Source: Halorarum halobium (GTDB lineage: Archaea > Halobacteriota > Halobacteria > Halobacteriales > Haloferacaceae). Taken from it: a stretch of 64,000 bases of DNA. Positions 47,948 through 58,731 of the stretch are shown here, one piece after another. The position numbers and the translations under genes are program-made. Position 1 is the first letter of the stretch. Every line of letters begins with the position of its first letter. Location: contig NZ_CP134949.1 in assembly GCF_032116555.1 (NCBI RefSeq), positions 1,426,001 to 1,490,000 of the forward strand. Reading direction: 5' to 3'. Under the pieces are notes generated by a model. It did no database searches and had not been told where the DNA came from. It saw only the letters and a list, made by a program, of their open reading frames with translations.

Positions 47948-50020
47948 ATGACCGGAGCCATGAAAACCCTCGAGGAGCTCAGTGATCGGTACAAGGAGAC
48001 GGTGCCCTCGGACCTGCGCGAGGCCAAGTCGTTCGACTGGTACCTCTCGGAGGTCCACGAGCACCCCCGGATCGCGCGCAACGCACACCAGCGCGTCGCC
48101 GACATGTTCGACCACTACGGCACGCGCTACGACGAGGACGCGGGCGTCGTGGAGTACCAGCTCGCCAGCGAGGACCCGCTGCACGACGGCGAGAACAACT
48201 TCTACGGCAGGGAGGTCCACGAGTCGATCCACGAGTTCGTCAACAAGGTGAAGTCGGGCGCCCGCGGGCTCGGTCCCGAAAAGCGGATCAAACTCATGCT
48301 CGGCCCCGTCGGGTCGGGCAAGAGCCACTTCGACTGGCTCGTGCGTCGCTACTTCGAGGACTTCACCCGAACCGACGAGGGGCGACTGTACACGTTCCGC
48401 TGGACCAACCTCTGTGAGGTCATCCCCGACCAGGACCCCGCCGACGACACGGTCCGGTCCCCGATGAACCAGGACCCGCTCGTCTTACTGCCCCAGCCCC
48501 AGCGCGACGAGGTGATCGAGAACCTCAACGCGTCGCTCGATGCGCCCTACACCATCCGCAACGAGCAGAGCCTCGACCCGGCGTCGGGCTTCTACATGAA
48601 CGAACTGCTCGCCGAGTACGATGACGACCTCCAGGCGGTGCTCGAGAACCACGTCGAGATCGTCAGGCTCGTCGCCGACGAGAACCGTCGCCGCTGCGTC
48701 GAGACGTTCGAGCCGAAGGACAAGAAGAACCAGGACGAGACCGAACTCACCGGCGACGTCAACTACTCCAAACTGGCCGTCTACGGCGAGAACGACCCGC
48801 GCTCGTTCGACTACGCGGGGGCGTTCTGTAACGCCAACCGCGGCATCTTCAGCGGCGAGGAGCTGTTGAAGCTCCAGCGCGAGTTCCTCTACGACTTCCT
48901 GCACGCCTCCCAGGAGCAGACCATCAAGCCGCGGAACAACCCGCGGATCGACATCGACCAGGTGATCGTCGGCCGGACGAACATGCCCGAGTACCGGGAC
49001 AAGAAGGGCGACGAGAAGATGGAGGCGTTCAACGACCGGACCAAGCGGATCGACTACCCGTACGTCCTCGAGTACGACGAGGAGGCCGAGATCTACCGGA
49101 AGATGCTCCGGAACGCCGACGTGCCCGACATGCACATCGAGCCCCACGCCATGGAGATGGCGGGGCTGTTCGGCGTGCTCACCCGCATCGAGGAGCCCTC
49201 CGACGGCGGCGTCACGCTCGTCCAGAAGGCGAAGGCCTACAACGGGGAGATCGACGAGACCGACGACGTCGACGAGCGGAAGCTCCGGGAGGACGGCGAC
49301 GCAGTCGCCGACATCGCGGAGGGGATGGAGGGCGTCTCCGCGCGCTTCATCGGCGACGAGATCGCCGAGGCGATCATGGACGCGACCCACCGCGGGCGCG
49401 GCTACCTCTCGCCGCTCTCGGTGTTCACCCACTTCGAGGAGAACCTGGAGAACCACGGCTCGATCCCCGAGGAGAACCTCGACCGGTACGAGCGCTACCT
49501 CGAACTCGTCCGCGACGAGTACCGCGAGCGCGCCATCGAGGACGTCCGCCACGCGCTCGCCTACGACGTCGAGGAGATCCAGCGCCAGGGCGAGAAGTAC
49601 ATGGATCACGTGATGGCGTACATCGACGGGGCGACCGTCGAGGACGACATCACCGGCCGGGAGCAGGAGCCCGACGAGACGTTCCTGCGTTCCGTCGAGG
49701 AGAAACTGGAGATCCCCGGCGACCGGAAGGACGACTTCCGCCAGGAGGTCGCAAACTGGGTGTCCCGACGCGCCCGCGAGGGCGTGAGCTTCGACCCGCA
49801 GGACAACGACCGCCTGCGCCGCGCGCTCGAGCGGAAGCTCTGGGAGGACAAGAAGCACAACATCAACTTCTCCGCGCTGGTCTCGGCCGGGGAACTGGAC
49901 GACGACGAGCGGAGCGCCTGGGTCGACGCGCTCCACGAGCAGGGCTACTCGCGGGAGGGGGCCCGCGAGGTGCTGGAGTTCGCCGGCGCGGAGGTGGCAA
50001 AGAGCGAACTGGAGGACTGA
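47948..50020 (+). CDS. prkA: PrkA/YeaG-family AAA+ protein (copy 1)
   Basis: LGPVGSGKS Walker A, DPRSFDYAGAFCNANRG, EELLK, EAFNDR, GMEGVSARF. Confidence 0.94.
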   Translation: MTGAMKTLEELSDRYKETVPSDLREAKSFDWYLSEVHEHPRIARNAHQRVADMFDHYGTRYDEDAGVVEYQLASEDPLHDGENNFYGREVHESIHEFVNKVKSGARGLGPEKRIKLMLGPVGSGKSHFDWLVRRYFEDFTRTDEGRLYTFRWTNLCEVIPDQDPADDTVRSPMNQDPLVLLPQPQRDEVIENLNASLDAPYTIRNEQSLDPASGFYMNELLAEYDDDLQAVLENHVEIVRLVADENRRRCVETFEPKDKKNQDETELTGDVNYSKLAVYGENDPRSFDYAGAFCNANRGIFSGEELLKLQREFLYDFLHASQEQTIKPRNNPRIDIDQVIVGRTNMPEYRDKKGDEKMEAFNDRTKRIDYPYVLEYDEEAEIYRKMLRNADVPDMHIEPHAMEMAGLFGVLTRIEEPSDGGVTLVQKAKAYNGEIDETDDVDERKLREDGDAVADIAEGMEGVSARFIGDEIAEAIMDATHRGRGYLSPLSVFTHFEENLENHGSIPEENLDRYERYLELVRDEYRERAIEDVRHALAYDVEEIQRQGEKYMDHVMAYIDGATVEDDITGREQEPDETFLRSVEEKLEIPGDRKDDFRQEVANWVSRRAREGVSFDPQDNDRLRRALERKLWEDKKHNINFSALVSAGELDDDERSAWVDALHEQGYSREGAREVLEFAGAEVAKSELED

Positions 50021-52416
50021 TGACCGACTACATCGACCGCGCCGACCGCGCGCTCGCCGGTGCCTACGAGCCGCCGATGAGCATCGCGGAGTACGTCGAG
50101 CAGGTGTTCGAGCGGCCGGAGACGGCCGCCGGTTCCGCCGCGTACCTGCTCGGCGCCATCGAGTCGCTCGGCACCCGCACGGTCGTCGAGGAGGGGGAGA
50201 CGCGCGAGCGCTTCCGCTTCTTCGACGACCCGCACAACGACGGCGAGCACGCCGTGCTCGGGAACACGGCCGTCCTGAACGCGTTCGTCGACGACCTCAG
50301 AACCCTGGCTGCGGGCCGCGGTAAGGACGAGAAGATCCACTGGTTCGACGGGCCGACCGCGACCGGCAAGTCCGAACTGAAGCGCTGTCTCGTCAACGGC
50401 CTGCGCGAGTACTCGAAGACCGACGAGGGCCGACGTTACACCGTCGAGTGGAACATCGCCGACGGGACCGACGCCGGAAGCCTCGGGTACGGTCCCGCAC
50501 AGGACCACGAGGACGACTGGTACGAGAGCCCCGTCCGGAGCCACCCGCTCTCGGTGTTCCCCGACGACGTGCGACGTGACCTGCTCGCGGAACTGAACGA
50601 GCGAGCCGACCCGGAGTTCCCGATCCGCGTCGACGCCGGCATGGACCCGTTCAGCCGCGAGGCGTACGACTACCTCGAGGAGGAGTACCGCCGTGCTGGA
50701 CGGAGCGACCTGTTCTCGGCGGTCACCGACGACCGCCACCTCCGGGTGAAAAACTACGTCGTCGACGTCGGCGACGGCATCGGCGTCCTCCACGCGGAGG
50801 ACGACGGTAGCCCGAAGGAGCGGCTCGTCGGCTCGTGGATGCCGGGGATGCTCCGCGAACTCGACAGTCGCGGCCGGAAGGACCCGCGGGCGTTCAGCTA
50901 CGACGGCGTGCTCTCGCAGGGCAACGGCCTCCTCACGGTCGTCGAGGACGCCAGCCAGCACGCCGATCTGCTCCGGAAACTGCTGAACGTCCCCGACGAG
51001 AAGCGGGTCAAACTGGACAAGGGGATCGGGATGGATCTGGACACCCAGCTCGTCGTCATCTCGAACCCCGACCTCGACGCCGAACTCGACCAGTTCTCCG
51101 ACCGGAACGGCCGCGACCCGCTGAAGGCGCTCAAGCGCAGGCTCGACCGCCACGAGTTCCGCTATCTCACCAGCATCTCGCTGGAGACCGAACTGGTCCA
51201 CCGGGAACTCACCGACGAGACCGAGGTGTGGGAGACGGTCGCCGCCGAGACGACGGGATCGGAGGCCGCCCGCGGACCTCGTGCCGTCGGCGGCCCCGGC
51301 CCCGGCGCCGAGTACGACGGCGGGGCCGACGCGGCGCGAGCCGACGTGGAGCGTGCCGACGTGGACGACCTGGACGCCGTCCGCGAGGCGGTCGACGAGC
51401 GCGTCCGCGCGCCGCTGTTCATGACCGTGCGCGACGAACGGGGGCGGACGACCGAGCGTGAACTTGCGCCCCACGCCGTCGAGGGCGCGGCGACCTACAG
51501 CGTCCTCACGCGGCTGGACGGCGAATCGCTGCCGGCCGACCTCTCGCTGGTCGACAAGGCGCTGCTGTACGAGAACGGGTTCCTGCGGGAGGGCGACGAG
51601 CGCGTCGACGCCGACGAGTTCGACCTGGACGGCGAGGACGGCGTCCACGGCATCCCCGTGACCTACACCCGGGACGTCATCGCGGACCTGCTCCACGAGC
51701 GGTCCGAGCGTGCCCACCCCGAACTCGACGTGGAGTCGGTGCTGATGCCCGAGGACGTGCTCGACGCGATGGCCGAGGGGCTCGACGACGCGCCGGTGTT
51801 CTCCCGCGCGGAGGCCGCCGAGTACGAGAACCGGCTCGCCGAGGTGAAAGAGTACGTGTTCGACAGACAGGAGCAGGACGTGCTCGACGCGGTGCTCGCG
51901 GACAAGGGCGTCCCCGAGGACACCGTCGCGGAGTACGTCGAGCACGTGTTCGCCTGGGACGCCGGCGAGCAGGTGCGGACCGACCGCGGCGAGGTCGACC
52001 CCGATCCGCTCCTCATGCAGGTGTTCGAGACCGAACACCTCGGGCGGTTCGAGGAGGCAGACTACGACGGCACCGACCCGACCTCGCCGGTCGCCCGCTT
52101 CAGGTCCGAGAAGGTCATCACCGCGCTGAACCGCTACGCGTGGGAGCACCGCGACGAGGACTTCGCCGTCTCGGACGTCGACCTCTCGGAGATCCCGGTC
52201 ATCCGCGAGGTGATCGACACCCACTCGTGGGACGACGTGAAGCGCATCTACCCCGACTTCGACCCGACGCGGTGGGACGACCCGCCCGCCGACACCGAGA
52301 CCGAACGGGTGAAGGAGCGAACCGTCGATCACCTCCGCGAACGCGGCTACACCGCCGCATCCGCGGAGCTGACCGGCCGGGCCGTCCTCAAGGAGGTGAG
52401 CGCACGATGGGACTGA
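50020..52416 (+). CDS. PrkA/YeaG-family AAA+ protein (copy 2, divergent)
   Basis: DGPTATGKS Walker [16 protein letters not shown]; translationally coupled to copy 1. Confidence 0.9.
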   Translation: MTDYIDRADRALAGAYEPPMSIAEYVEQVFERPETAAGSAAYLLGAIESLGTRTVVEEGETRERFRFFDDPHNDGEHAVLGNTAVLNAFVDDLRTLAAGRGKDEKIHWFDGPTATGKSELKRCLVNGLREYSKTDEGRRYTVEWNIADGTDAGSLGYGPAQDHEDDWYESPVRSHPLSVFPDDVRRDLLAELNERADPEFPIRVDAGMDPFSREAYDYLEEEYRRAGRSDLFSAVTDDRHLRVKNYVVDVGDGIGVLHAEDDGSPKERLVGSWMPGMLRELDSRGRKDPRAFSYDGVLSQGNGLLTVVEDASQHADLLRKLLNVPDEKRVKLDKGIGMDLDTQLVVISNPDLDAELDQFSDRNGRDPLKALKRRLDRHEFRYLTSISLETELVHRELTDETEVWETVAAETTGSEAARGPRAVGGPGPGAEYDGGADAARADVERADVDDLDAVREAVDERVRAPLFMTVRDERGRTTERELAPHAVEGAATYSVLTRLDGESLPADLSLVDKALLYENGFLREGDERVDADEFDLDGEDGVHGIPVTYTRDVIADLLHERSERAHPELDVESVLMPEDVLDAMAEGLDDAPVFSRAEAAEYENRLAEVKEYVFDRQEQDVLDAVLADKGVPEDTVAEYVEHVFAWDAGEQVRTDRGEVDPDPLLMQVFETEHLGRFEEADYDGTDPTSPVARFRSEKVITALNRYAWEHRDEDFAVSDVDLSEIPVIREVIDTHSWDDVKRIYPDFDPTRWDDPPADTETERVKERTVDHLRERGYTAASAELTGRAVLKEVSARWD

Positions 52417-53717
52417 GAGAGGATCTCGAGCGGTTCCGCGCGGTCGGCGAGGAGCGCCGGCCGGACCTGGCCGAGTTCATCCGCGAGGGCGACCTGGCGG
52501 GCGGCAGCGACACGGTTCGCATCCCGGTGAAGCTGGTCGATCTCCCGAAGTTCGAGTACGACCGGCGCGACATGGGCGGCGTCGGCCAGGGCGAGGGCGG
52601 CACGCCAGAGCCCGGGCAGCCCGTCGACGTCCCCGGCGACCCCGAGGACGGCGACGACGACGGCGACGAGGCCGGCGACGGGCCGGGCGAACACGGCTAC
52701 TACGAGATGGACCCGGCCGAGTTCGCGGAGGAACTCGACGAGACGCTGGGGCTGGATCTCGAACCCAAGGGCAAGCGCATCGTCGAGGAACTGGAGGGCG
52801 ACTTCACCGAACTCGCCCGCGCCGGCCCGAACTCCACGCTCGACTTCGAGACGCTGTTCAAGCGCGGGCTGAAGCGGAAGCTCGCGACCGACTTCGACGA
52901 GTCGTTCGTCCGGGAGGCCTGCAAGGTCGAGGGTGCCAGCGCGCGGGACGTGTTCGAGTTCTGCCGCGAGGAGAACGTCCTCGTCTCGCTCGCCTGGGTC
53001 GAGGAGGCGATGACCGACGTCGCCGACGAGCGGGGCGCGTGGGACTCCTTCGAACAGGTCCGCGAGGCGGTCGAGCGCGAACCCGTCACCGACCGAATCC
53101 GGCGGGACGGGCTCCGTGAGGTGCCATTCCGCAGCGAGGACGAGCGCTACCGCCACCCCGAGGTCGTCGAAAAGAAGCGGAAGAACGTCGTCGTCGTCAA
53201 CATCCGCGACGTCTCCGGGTCGATGCGCCAGCGCAAGCGCGAACTCGTCGAGCGGGTGTTCACGCCGCTCGACTGGTATCTCACCGGGAAGTACGACGAG
53301 GCGGAGTTCCGCTACGTCGCCCACGACGCGGAGGCCTGGGAGGTCGAGCGGGGCGAGTTCTTCGGCATCCGCTCGGGCGGCGGGACGCGCATCTCCAGCG
53401 CGTACGAACTCGCCGCGGAGATCCTCGAGGAGTACCCGTGGCACGAGTGGAACCGATACGTGTTCGCCGCGGGTGACTCGGAGAACTCCAGCAACGACAC
53501 CGTCGACAGCGTCGTCCCGCTGATGCGCGAACTCGACGCGAACCTCCACGCCTACGTGGAGACACAGCCCGGCGGCGGTGCCGTGAACGCGACCCACGCC
53601 GAGGAGGTCGAGCGCGAACTCGCCGACCGGGACAACGTCGCCGTCACCCGCGTCGGCGGCCCCGAGGACGTGACCGACGCCATCTACGACATCCTCAGCA
53701 CGGAGGAGGAGACGTGA
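52407..53717 (+). CDS. YeaH/YhbH family (DUF444) VWA-domain protein
   Basis: [34 protein letters not shown]. Confidence 0.92.
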   Translation: MGLREDLERFRAVGEERRPDLAEFIREGDLAGGSDTVRIPVKLVDLPKFEYDRRDMGGVGQGEGGTPEPGQPVDVPGDPEDGDDDGDEAGDGPGEHGYYEMDPAEFAEELDETLGLDLEPKGKRIVEELEGDFTELARAGPNSTLDFETLFKRGLKRKLATDFDESFVREACKVEGASARDVFEFCREENVLVSLAWVEEAMTDVADERGAWDSFEQVREAVEREPVTDRIRRDGLREVPFRSEDERYRHPEVVEKKRKNVVVVNIRDVSGSMRQRKRELVERVFTPLDWYLTGKYDEAEFRYVAHDAEAWEVERGEFFGIRSGGGTRISSAYELAAEILEEYPWHEWNRYVFAAGDSENSSNDTVDSVVPLMRELDANLHAYVETQPGGGAVNATHAEEVERELADRDNVAVTRVGGPEDVTDAIYDILSTEEET

Positions 53718-53739
53718 CCAGCAACGCCGAGGTGCGATC

Positions 53740-55725
53740 ATGACAACGAACCAGAACCGACACGCCCGCCGCGAGGCGGCGCGGCTGACCGAACCGACCG
53801 AGAGGGCCCGGGAGCTGGCCGAACGGCTCGGCCTGCGGCCGTACCCGGTGAACTACTGGGTCGTCGACTACGACGAGATGAACGAGCTCATCGCGTACGA
53901 CGGCTTCCAGACGCGCTACCCGCACTGGCGCTGGGGGATGAAGTACGACCGCCAGCGCAAGCAGGACGCGTTCGGCATGGGGAAGGCGTTCGAGATCGTC
54001 AACAACGACAACCCCTGCCACGCGTTCCTCCAGGAGTCGAACGGCCTCGCCGACCAGAAGGCGGTCATCACACACGTCGAGGCCCACGCGGACTTCTTCC
54101 GGAACAACGAGTGGTTCGCCCGGTTCGCGGGCGACCGCGAGGAGCCCGCGGCCGCGGCGATGCTGGAGCGACACGCCAGCACCATCGCCGGGTTCATGGC
54201 GGACCCGGAGATCGACCGCGGCGAGGTCGAGCGGTTCATCGACGCCGTGCTCTGTCTGGAGGACACCATCGACCAGCACCGGGCGCTCGCCGAGGAGCGC
54301 GGCGGCGAGTTCGAGGAGGACGTCGCCGACATCGAGGAGCGGCTCGACCGGCTCGGGCTCTCGCCGGAGGTCCGCGACCAGGTGTTCGACGAGGAGTGGG
54401 TGTCGGCCCGCGAGAGCGAGGAGAGCCCGAGCGTGCCGCGCCCGGACGTGCTCGCGTTCCTCCGCGAGCACGGCGAGCGGTACGACGAGGACGAGGGCAA
54501 GGCCGAGGAGCGCGAGCCCTGGATGGACGAGACGCTGGAACTGCTCCGACGCGAGGCGTACTACTTCGCGCCACAGAAGCTGACGAAGGTGATGAACGAG
54601 GGCTGGGCGGCCTACTGGGAGTCGCTGATGATGGCCGAGGAGGGGTTCGCCACGACCGACGAGTTCCTCACCTACGCCGACCACCAGTCGCGCGTCCTCG
54701 GCTCGAAGGGGCTGAACCCGTACAAGCTGGGCAAGGAGCTCTGGGAGTACATCGAGAACACCACGAACCGCCGCGAGGTGGTGGACAAACTGCTTCGCGT
54801 GGACGGCATCACCTGGCGGAGCTTCCACGACGTGGTCGACTTCGAGGCGGTCGAGGAACTGCTCGCGCCCGACGAGATGGTCGACGAGATCCGGTCCGAC
54901 ACGCTGGACCGGCTCGACCCCGAGGATCCGCGGGTGGACGCGGACGGGCTCACGGCGGCGCGCGACGGGGAGGTTGACGTCGACCGCTATCCCTGGTACG
55001 TGCTCACCTCCGACGGCCTCGCGGAGCGACACTTCTCGCTTGCCAAGCCGGCCAATCGGGGGTTCCTCTCGCGCGTCGGACGCTCGGAACTCGAACGGCT
55101 CGCCCGGTACATGTTCGACGACTCGAAGTACGCGAGCGTCGAGGAGGCGCTCGCCGAGGTCGACTACGGCCTCGGCTGGGACCGGATGCGTGAGGTCCGG
55201 GAGAGCCACAACGACGTGACGTTCATCGACGAGTTCCTCACCTCGGAGTTCGTCACCGAGGGCAACTACTTCACCTACGAGTACTCGCGGGCGGCGGGCG
55301 GCTATCGCGTCTCCAGCACCGACCCCGAGGACGTGAAGAGGAAGCTCCTGCTCCGGTTCACGAACTTCGGCAAGCCCAGCGTCGCCGTCTTCGACGGCAA
55401 CTACGCCAACCGCGGCGAACTGCTGCTCGGGCACCGGTACAACGGCGTCGCGCTCGACGTCGAGCAGGCCGAGCGGACGCTCGAACGCGCGTTCGAGCTC
55501 TGGGGCCGCCCGGTGAACCTCGCCACCATCGTCACCGAGTACGACGAGCACGAACTCGAGGTGGCGAGCCGCCGCGGCTACGAGCCGGCCGGCGAGGAGG
55601 TCGGCACGCTCATCAGGTACGACGGTGCCGAGATCGAGCACCACGACCTCGACCCGGACCTGGAGGAGCGTATCGGCGCGGAGGGCGTCGATTACGACAC
55701 GAAGCCCGAGGAGTGGCTCGCGTAG
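53740..55725 (+). CDS. SpoVR family protein
   Basis: RYPHWRWG..Y, EIVNN.NPC.AFL, HVEAHADFFRNN, TKVMNEGWA, NPYKLG. Confidence 0.95.
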   Translation: MTTNQNRHARREAARLTEPTERARELAERLGLRPYPVNYWVVDYDEMNELIAYDGFQTRYPHWRWGMKYDRQRKQDAFGMGKAFEIVNNDNPCHAFLQESNGLADQKAVITHVEAHADFFRNNEWFARFAGDREEPAAAAMLERHASTIAGFMADPEIDRGEVERFIDAVLCLEDTIDQHRALAEERGGEFEEDVADIEERLDRLGLSPEVRDQVFDEEWVSARESEESPSVPRPDVLAFLREHGERYDEDEGKAEEREPWMDETLELLRREAYYFAPQKLTKVMNEGWAAYWESLMMAEEGFATTDEFLTYADHQSRVLGSKGLNPYKLGKELWEYIENTTNRREVVDKLLRVDGITWRSFHDVVDFEAVEELLAPDEMVDEIRSDTLDRLDPEDPRVDADGLTAARDGEVDVDRYPWYVLTSDGLAERHFSLAKPANRGFLSRVGRSELERLARYMFDDSKYASVEEALAEVDYGLGWDRMREVRESHNDVTFIDEFLTSEFVTEGNYFTYEYSRAAGGYRVSSTDPEDVKRKLLLRFTNFGKPSVAVFDGNYANRGELLLGHRYNGVALDVEQAERTLERAFELWGRPVNLATIVTEYDEHELEVASRRGYEPAGEEVGTLIRYDGAEIEHHDLDPDLEERIGAEGVDYDTKPEEWLA

Positions 55726-55964
55726 TCCGACCCCTTTTCCGTGGGTTTCGATCCGATCGAAACGAAACCTCCGATCGGTGAGTCGCGTCCCGGCGGGGCA
55801 TCGTCGTCCCACCGAGGCCCGCTCCGTTGTCGGCCGAGCTAGACCCGTCGCGCGATTCGGGGGTATCTCCGTCTTCCACCGGGGCGATCTCATCCTCCCG
55901 TTGCCAGATTCACAGCTGTTTTATCACCGCTCCGTCATCTCCCGGCCATGTGGGGTAGTGCCAG

Positions 55965-56564
55965 ATGTCACTGACGGACGCGTGGAGACCGGAGAACAGA
56001 CGCGAGCGGTACAGTCTGATGGCGGATGCGGCGGATCGGAAGTTTACGACCGGCGCGGTCGCCGTCCCACTGATACTCCCGATCGCGGGCTACCTCTCGA
56101 ACGACCCGCGAATCCTGTTCACCGTCCACCTCTTTCTCGGGGCGTTCTGGTTCGGTACAGCGGTGCTGGGGGCGGTCGTTCTCGGCCCCGTGATGGGGAG
56201 TCTCTCCCGGGAAGCGAACGCCGAGTTCGCCGAGGGGTTCGTGCCGAAGATGACGTTCCTCATGGAACCGCTCTCGATCGGCGTCGTCGGGTCCGGTATC
56301 GGCCTCGCCGGGTTGATGGGGCTGTGGGACTCCCCGACGCCCGCTCTCTGGACGTCACTCGTCCTCGCCGTCGCACTCCTCGTTCTCGGCTTCGGACCGC
56401 TGCACAAGTTCACCGTCGGAATGTTCGACGAGATCGCCGCACAGGAGACGGATCACGAGCGTCTTGCCGATCTCAACCGGAAGTATGGCATGCTGAGCAT
56501 GGTCGAACTCGTGTTGATGGTTGCGATCGTCGTCTCGATGTCCGGCCTTCGCTGGGGTTTCTAG
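55965..56564 (+). CDS. Hypothetical membrane protein
   Basis: About 5 TM segments, HLFLGAFWFG. Confidence 0.75.
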   Translation: MSLTDAWRPENRRERYSLMADAADRKFTTGAVAVPLILPIAGYLSNDPRILFTVHLFLGAFWFGTAVLGAVVLGPVMGSLSREANAEFAEGFVPKMTFLMEPLSIGVVGSGIGLAGLMGLWDSPTPALWTSLVLAVALLVLGFGPLHKFTVGMFDEIAAQETDHERLADLNRKYGMLSMVELVLMVAIVVSMSGLRWGF

Positions 56565-56684
56565 CGCCGGTTCGTCACCCGAAGGGGAACGGGCGACGTC
56601 TCCCCGAACAGGACGCGCTCGCTTCGCACTCGGTCCCTCCACGCTCTTCCTGCGCTTCAGCTCGTCACTTCGTTCCTCGCAGAA

Positions 56685-56803
56685 TGCTCGGTCAGGGATT
56701 GGAACCACACCGAGACGGTCGCCTCGCTTCGCTCGACGCCGCGTCTCGTCTACTTCAAATCCCCTACCTGGGCGTGTTCTTCCTCACTCCGTTCGTCAGA
56801 ACA
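56685..56803 (-). repeat. tRNA-trailing repeat element, copy 3 (tRNA-Glu-specific arms)
   Basis: Direct copy at 56685-56706 (21/22 identical to the tRNA end 56804-56825); inverted copy TTCAAATCCCCTACC at 56754-56768; CTCGCTTCGCTCG at 56723-56735. Confidence 0.88.
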
Positions 56804-56878
56804 TGCTCGGTCAGGGATTTGAACCCTGGTCGTCGGCTCGAAAGGCCAACATGATTGGCCGGACTACACCAACCGAGC
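56804..56878 (-). tRNA. tRNA-Glu(TTC)
   Basis: Reverse complement reads GCTCGGTTGGTGTAGTCCGGCCAATCATGTTGGCCTTTCGAGCCGACGACCAGGGTTCAAATCCCTGACCGAGCA. Confidence 0.97.
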
Positions 56879-56938
56879 GTATCACCACCTTCCGCTCCGG
56901 GTGTGTTAATCGTGTCGAATCGCGGTGCCGGCGCCCGG

Positions 56939-57916
56939 TCAGGTCCAGTCGTCCAGTCCGGTCTGGGTCAGCCCCTCCTCGATGCGCTCGAAGCCGCGTT
57001 CGACCTCCTCGGGGTCGACCTCCCACTCGTCGACGACGTACTCCCGGGCGGCGGCGACGTCCGGGCTCACCGTCGCGTCGAGATCGTAGTCGTCCGTGAC
57101 CGGCGGGTGGTGGAAGAACTCGCGGATGCGCTCGGCGTGCTCGATGTCGGCGTCGCGGGCGTCCAGAACGGCGAACAGGTCGCCGTGCTCTCTCACGAGT
57201 TTCAGCGCCGTCTTCGGCCCGATGCCCGAGACGCCCTCGTTGAAGTCCGTCCCGCAGAGCATCGCGATGTCGACCAGCTGCTCGTAGCTCACGTCCAGCT
57301 CCGCGAGGGTCGCGTCGAGGTCCATCAGTTCGGGGTCGCCGGACGAGGTGAGCTTTCTGAGCGTCCGCGGCCCGCCGAACAGCAGCACGTCGTAGTCCTC
57401 GCTGCCGGTGTAGTCCACGTCGCCGACGCGGTTCATGTGGGCACACTGGGCCTCGCCCTCGGCCGGCGCTTCGATCACCGGCACGTCGAGCAGTCGGAGC
57501 AGTTCGCGCGACGTCTCGTGGATGGTGTCGGTGAGCCGCTGGGTCCTGGCCTCCAGGCGCGCCGCCTCGACGGAATCGCCGCGGTCCTCGGCCGCCTGCC
57601 GCCGCTCCTCGGCCTTCTCTCGCGCCTCGCGGCGCTTGGCCACCTCGTCGTCCTTCAGGTCCGTGACGCCGCCGTCGAAGACGAACACGGGAGTGAGGTC
57701 GTGCTCGAAGAACTTCGGCAGCCCCTGGACGATGCCGATCAGGTTCGCCACCTCCGTCCCCGACGCCGTCGTGTACGTCCCGTCGGCGGTGAACTTCACC
57801 GTCGTCGTGAGATAGCGGTAGAGCCAGTTGTGCGCGTCGACCGCGACGACGCCGCCCAGGTCCTCGAAGGCCACCTCCTCGATGGCGGCCAGGTCACGGA
57901 GGTCTGCGTTTCCCAT
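56939..57916 (-). CDS. fen1: Flap endonuclease-1
   Basis: [50 protein letters not shown]-terminal QTGLDDW PIP box. Confidence 0.97.
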   Translation of the reverse strand: MGNADLRDLAAIEEVAFEDLGGVVAVDAHNWLYRYLTTTVKFTADGTYTTASGTEVANLIGIVQGLPKFFEHDLTPVFVFDGGVTDLKDDEVAKRREAREKAEERRQAAEDRGDSVEAARLEARTQRLTDTIHETSRELLRLLDVPVIEAPAEGEAQCAHMNRVGDVDYTGSEDYDVLLFGGPRTLRKLTSSGDPELMDLDATLAELDVSYEQLVDIAMLCGTDFNEGVSGIGPKTALKLVREHGDLFAVLDARDADIEHAERIREFFHHPPVTDDYDLDATVSPDVAAAREYVVDEWEVDPEEVERGFERIEEGLTQTGLDDWT

Positions 57917-58050
57917 CGGCGGCCATAGGACGGTCCGGGTGTTGAAACTCCCGAGTCGCGTTCGCCCGTCCGGAACGGCCCTTCGAACCCCCGGCCTTCC
58001 CTCGAACCCTCGGCGCACTCGAATTCTCGGGCCTCCCCCGAACTCTCGGC

Positions 58051-58665
58051 TCACTCGACCGCGGTCGGCTCCGGTGGTCCGCGCGCCCGCTTCTCCCGGA
58101 TGAACGTCCGCTCGGCGTCGGTCAGTTCCCCTCGCCGGGCGAAGGCGTCCAGGCCCGCCCGGTACCGCTCCGGATCCGACGTGGCGGGCGCGCCCGTCGG
58201 CCGTTCGAGCACGAGTTCGGCCAGCCCCGTTTCCTCGCCGGTGAACCCGAACCCGGCGCGGTGGAGCGCCTCGTAGGAGTACGGGTTGTTCACCGCGATG
58301 CCAATGCGGTCGTAGCCCCGCTCGGCGGTGCGCTCACAGACGAACGCACAGAGTCGTGGGCCGAGCCCCTCGCCGCGTTTGTCGTCCCGGACGGTGACGT
58401 ATCGGAGCCGAACGGTTCCGGGGTCGGTTCGGTCCTCGTCGAACGCCACGCCCGCGAACACGTCCGTCCGCATGGACGCGTCCGCGTCGGTCGGATCGGT
58501 CGGATCGGCCCGTCCGGACCGGCCTTCGCGACCGTCCCACCCGTCGGGGACGAGCACGGCCTTCCCGGTGCTCGACATGACGAACTTCCCGGCGTAGGCG
58601 TACCGACGGTAGTCGAGTCGGAGCGTCGGGCCCGCGGCGGGCCAGCCGAGCAGCCGGGACTCCAT
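58051..58665 (-). CDS. GNAT family N-acetyltransferase
   Basis: LRYVTV...[21 protein letters not shown]. Confidence 0.85.
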   Translation of the reverse strand: MESRLLGWPAAGPTLRLDYRRYAYAGKFVMSSTGKAVLVPDGWDGREGRSGRADPTDPTDADASMRTDVFAGVAFDEDRTDPGTVRLRYVTVRDDKRGEGLGPRLCAFVCERTAERGYDRIGIAVNNPYSYEALHRAGFGFTGEETGLAELVLERPTGAPATSDPERYRAGLDAFARRGELTDAERTFIREKRARGPPEPTAVE

Positions 58666-58731
58666 ACCCCCACTCGGGCCCGGACCGCCATGAGCGCCAC
58701 GGCTTTGCCCGGCGCGGACGAACCACGACGC

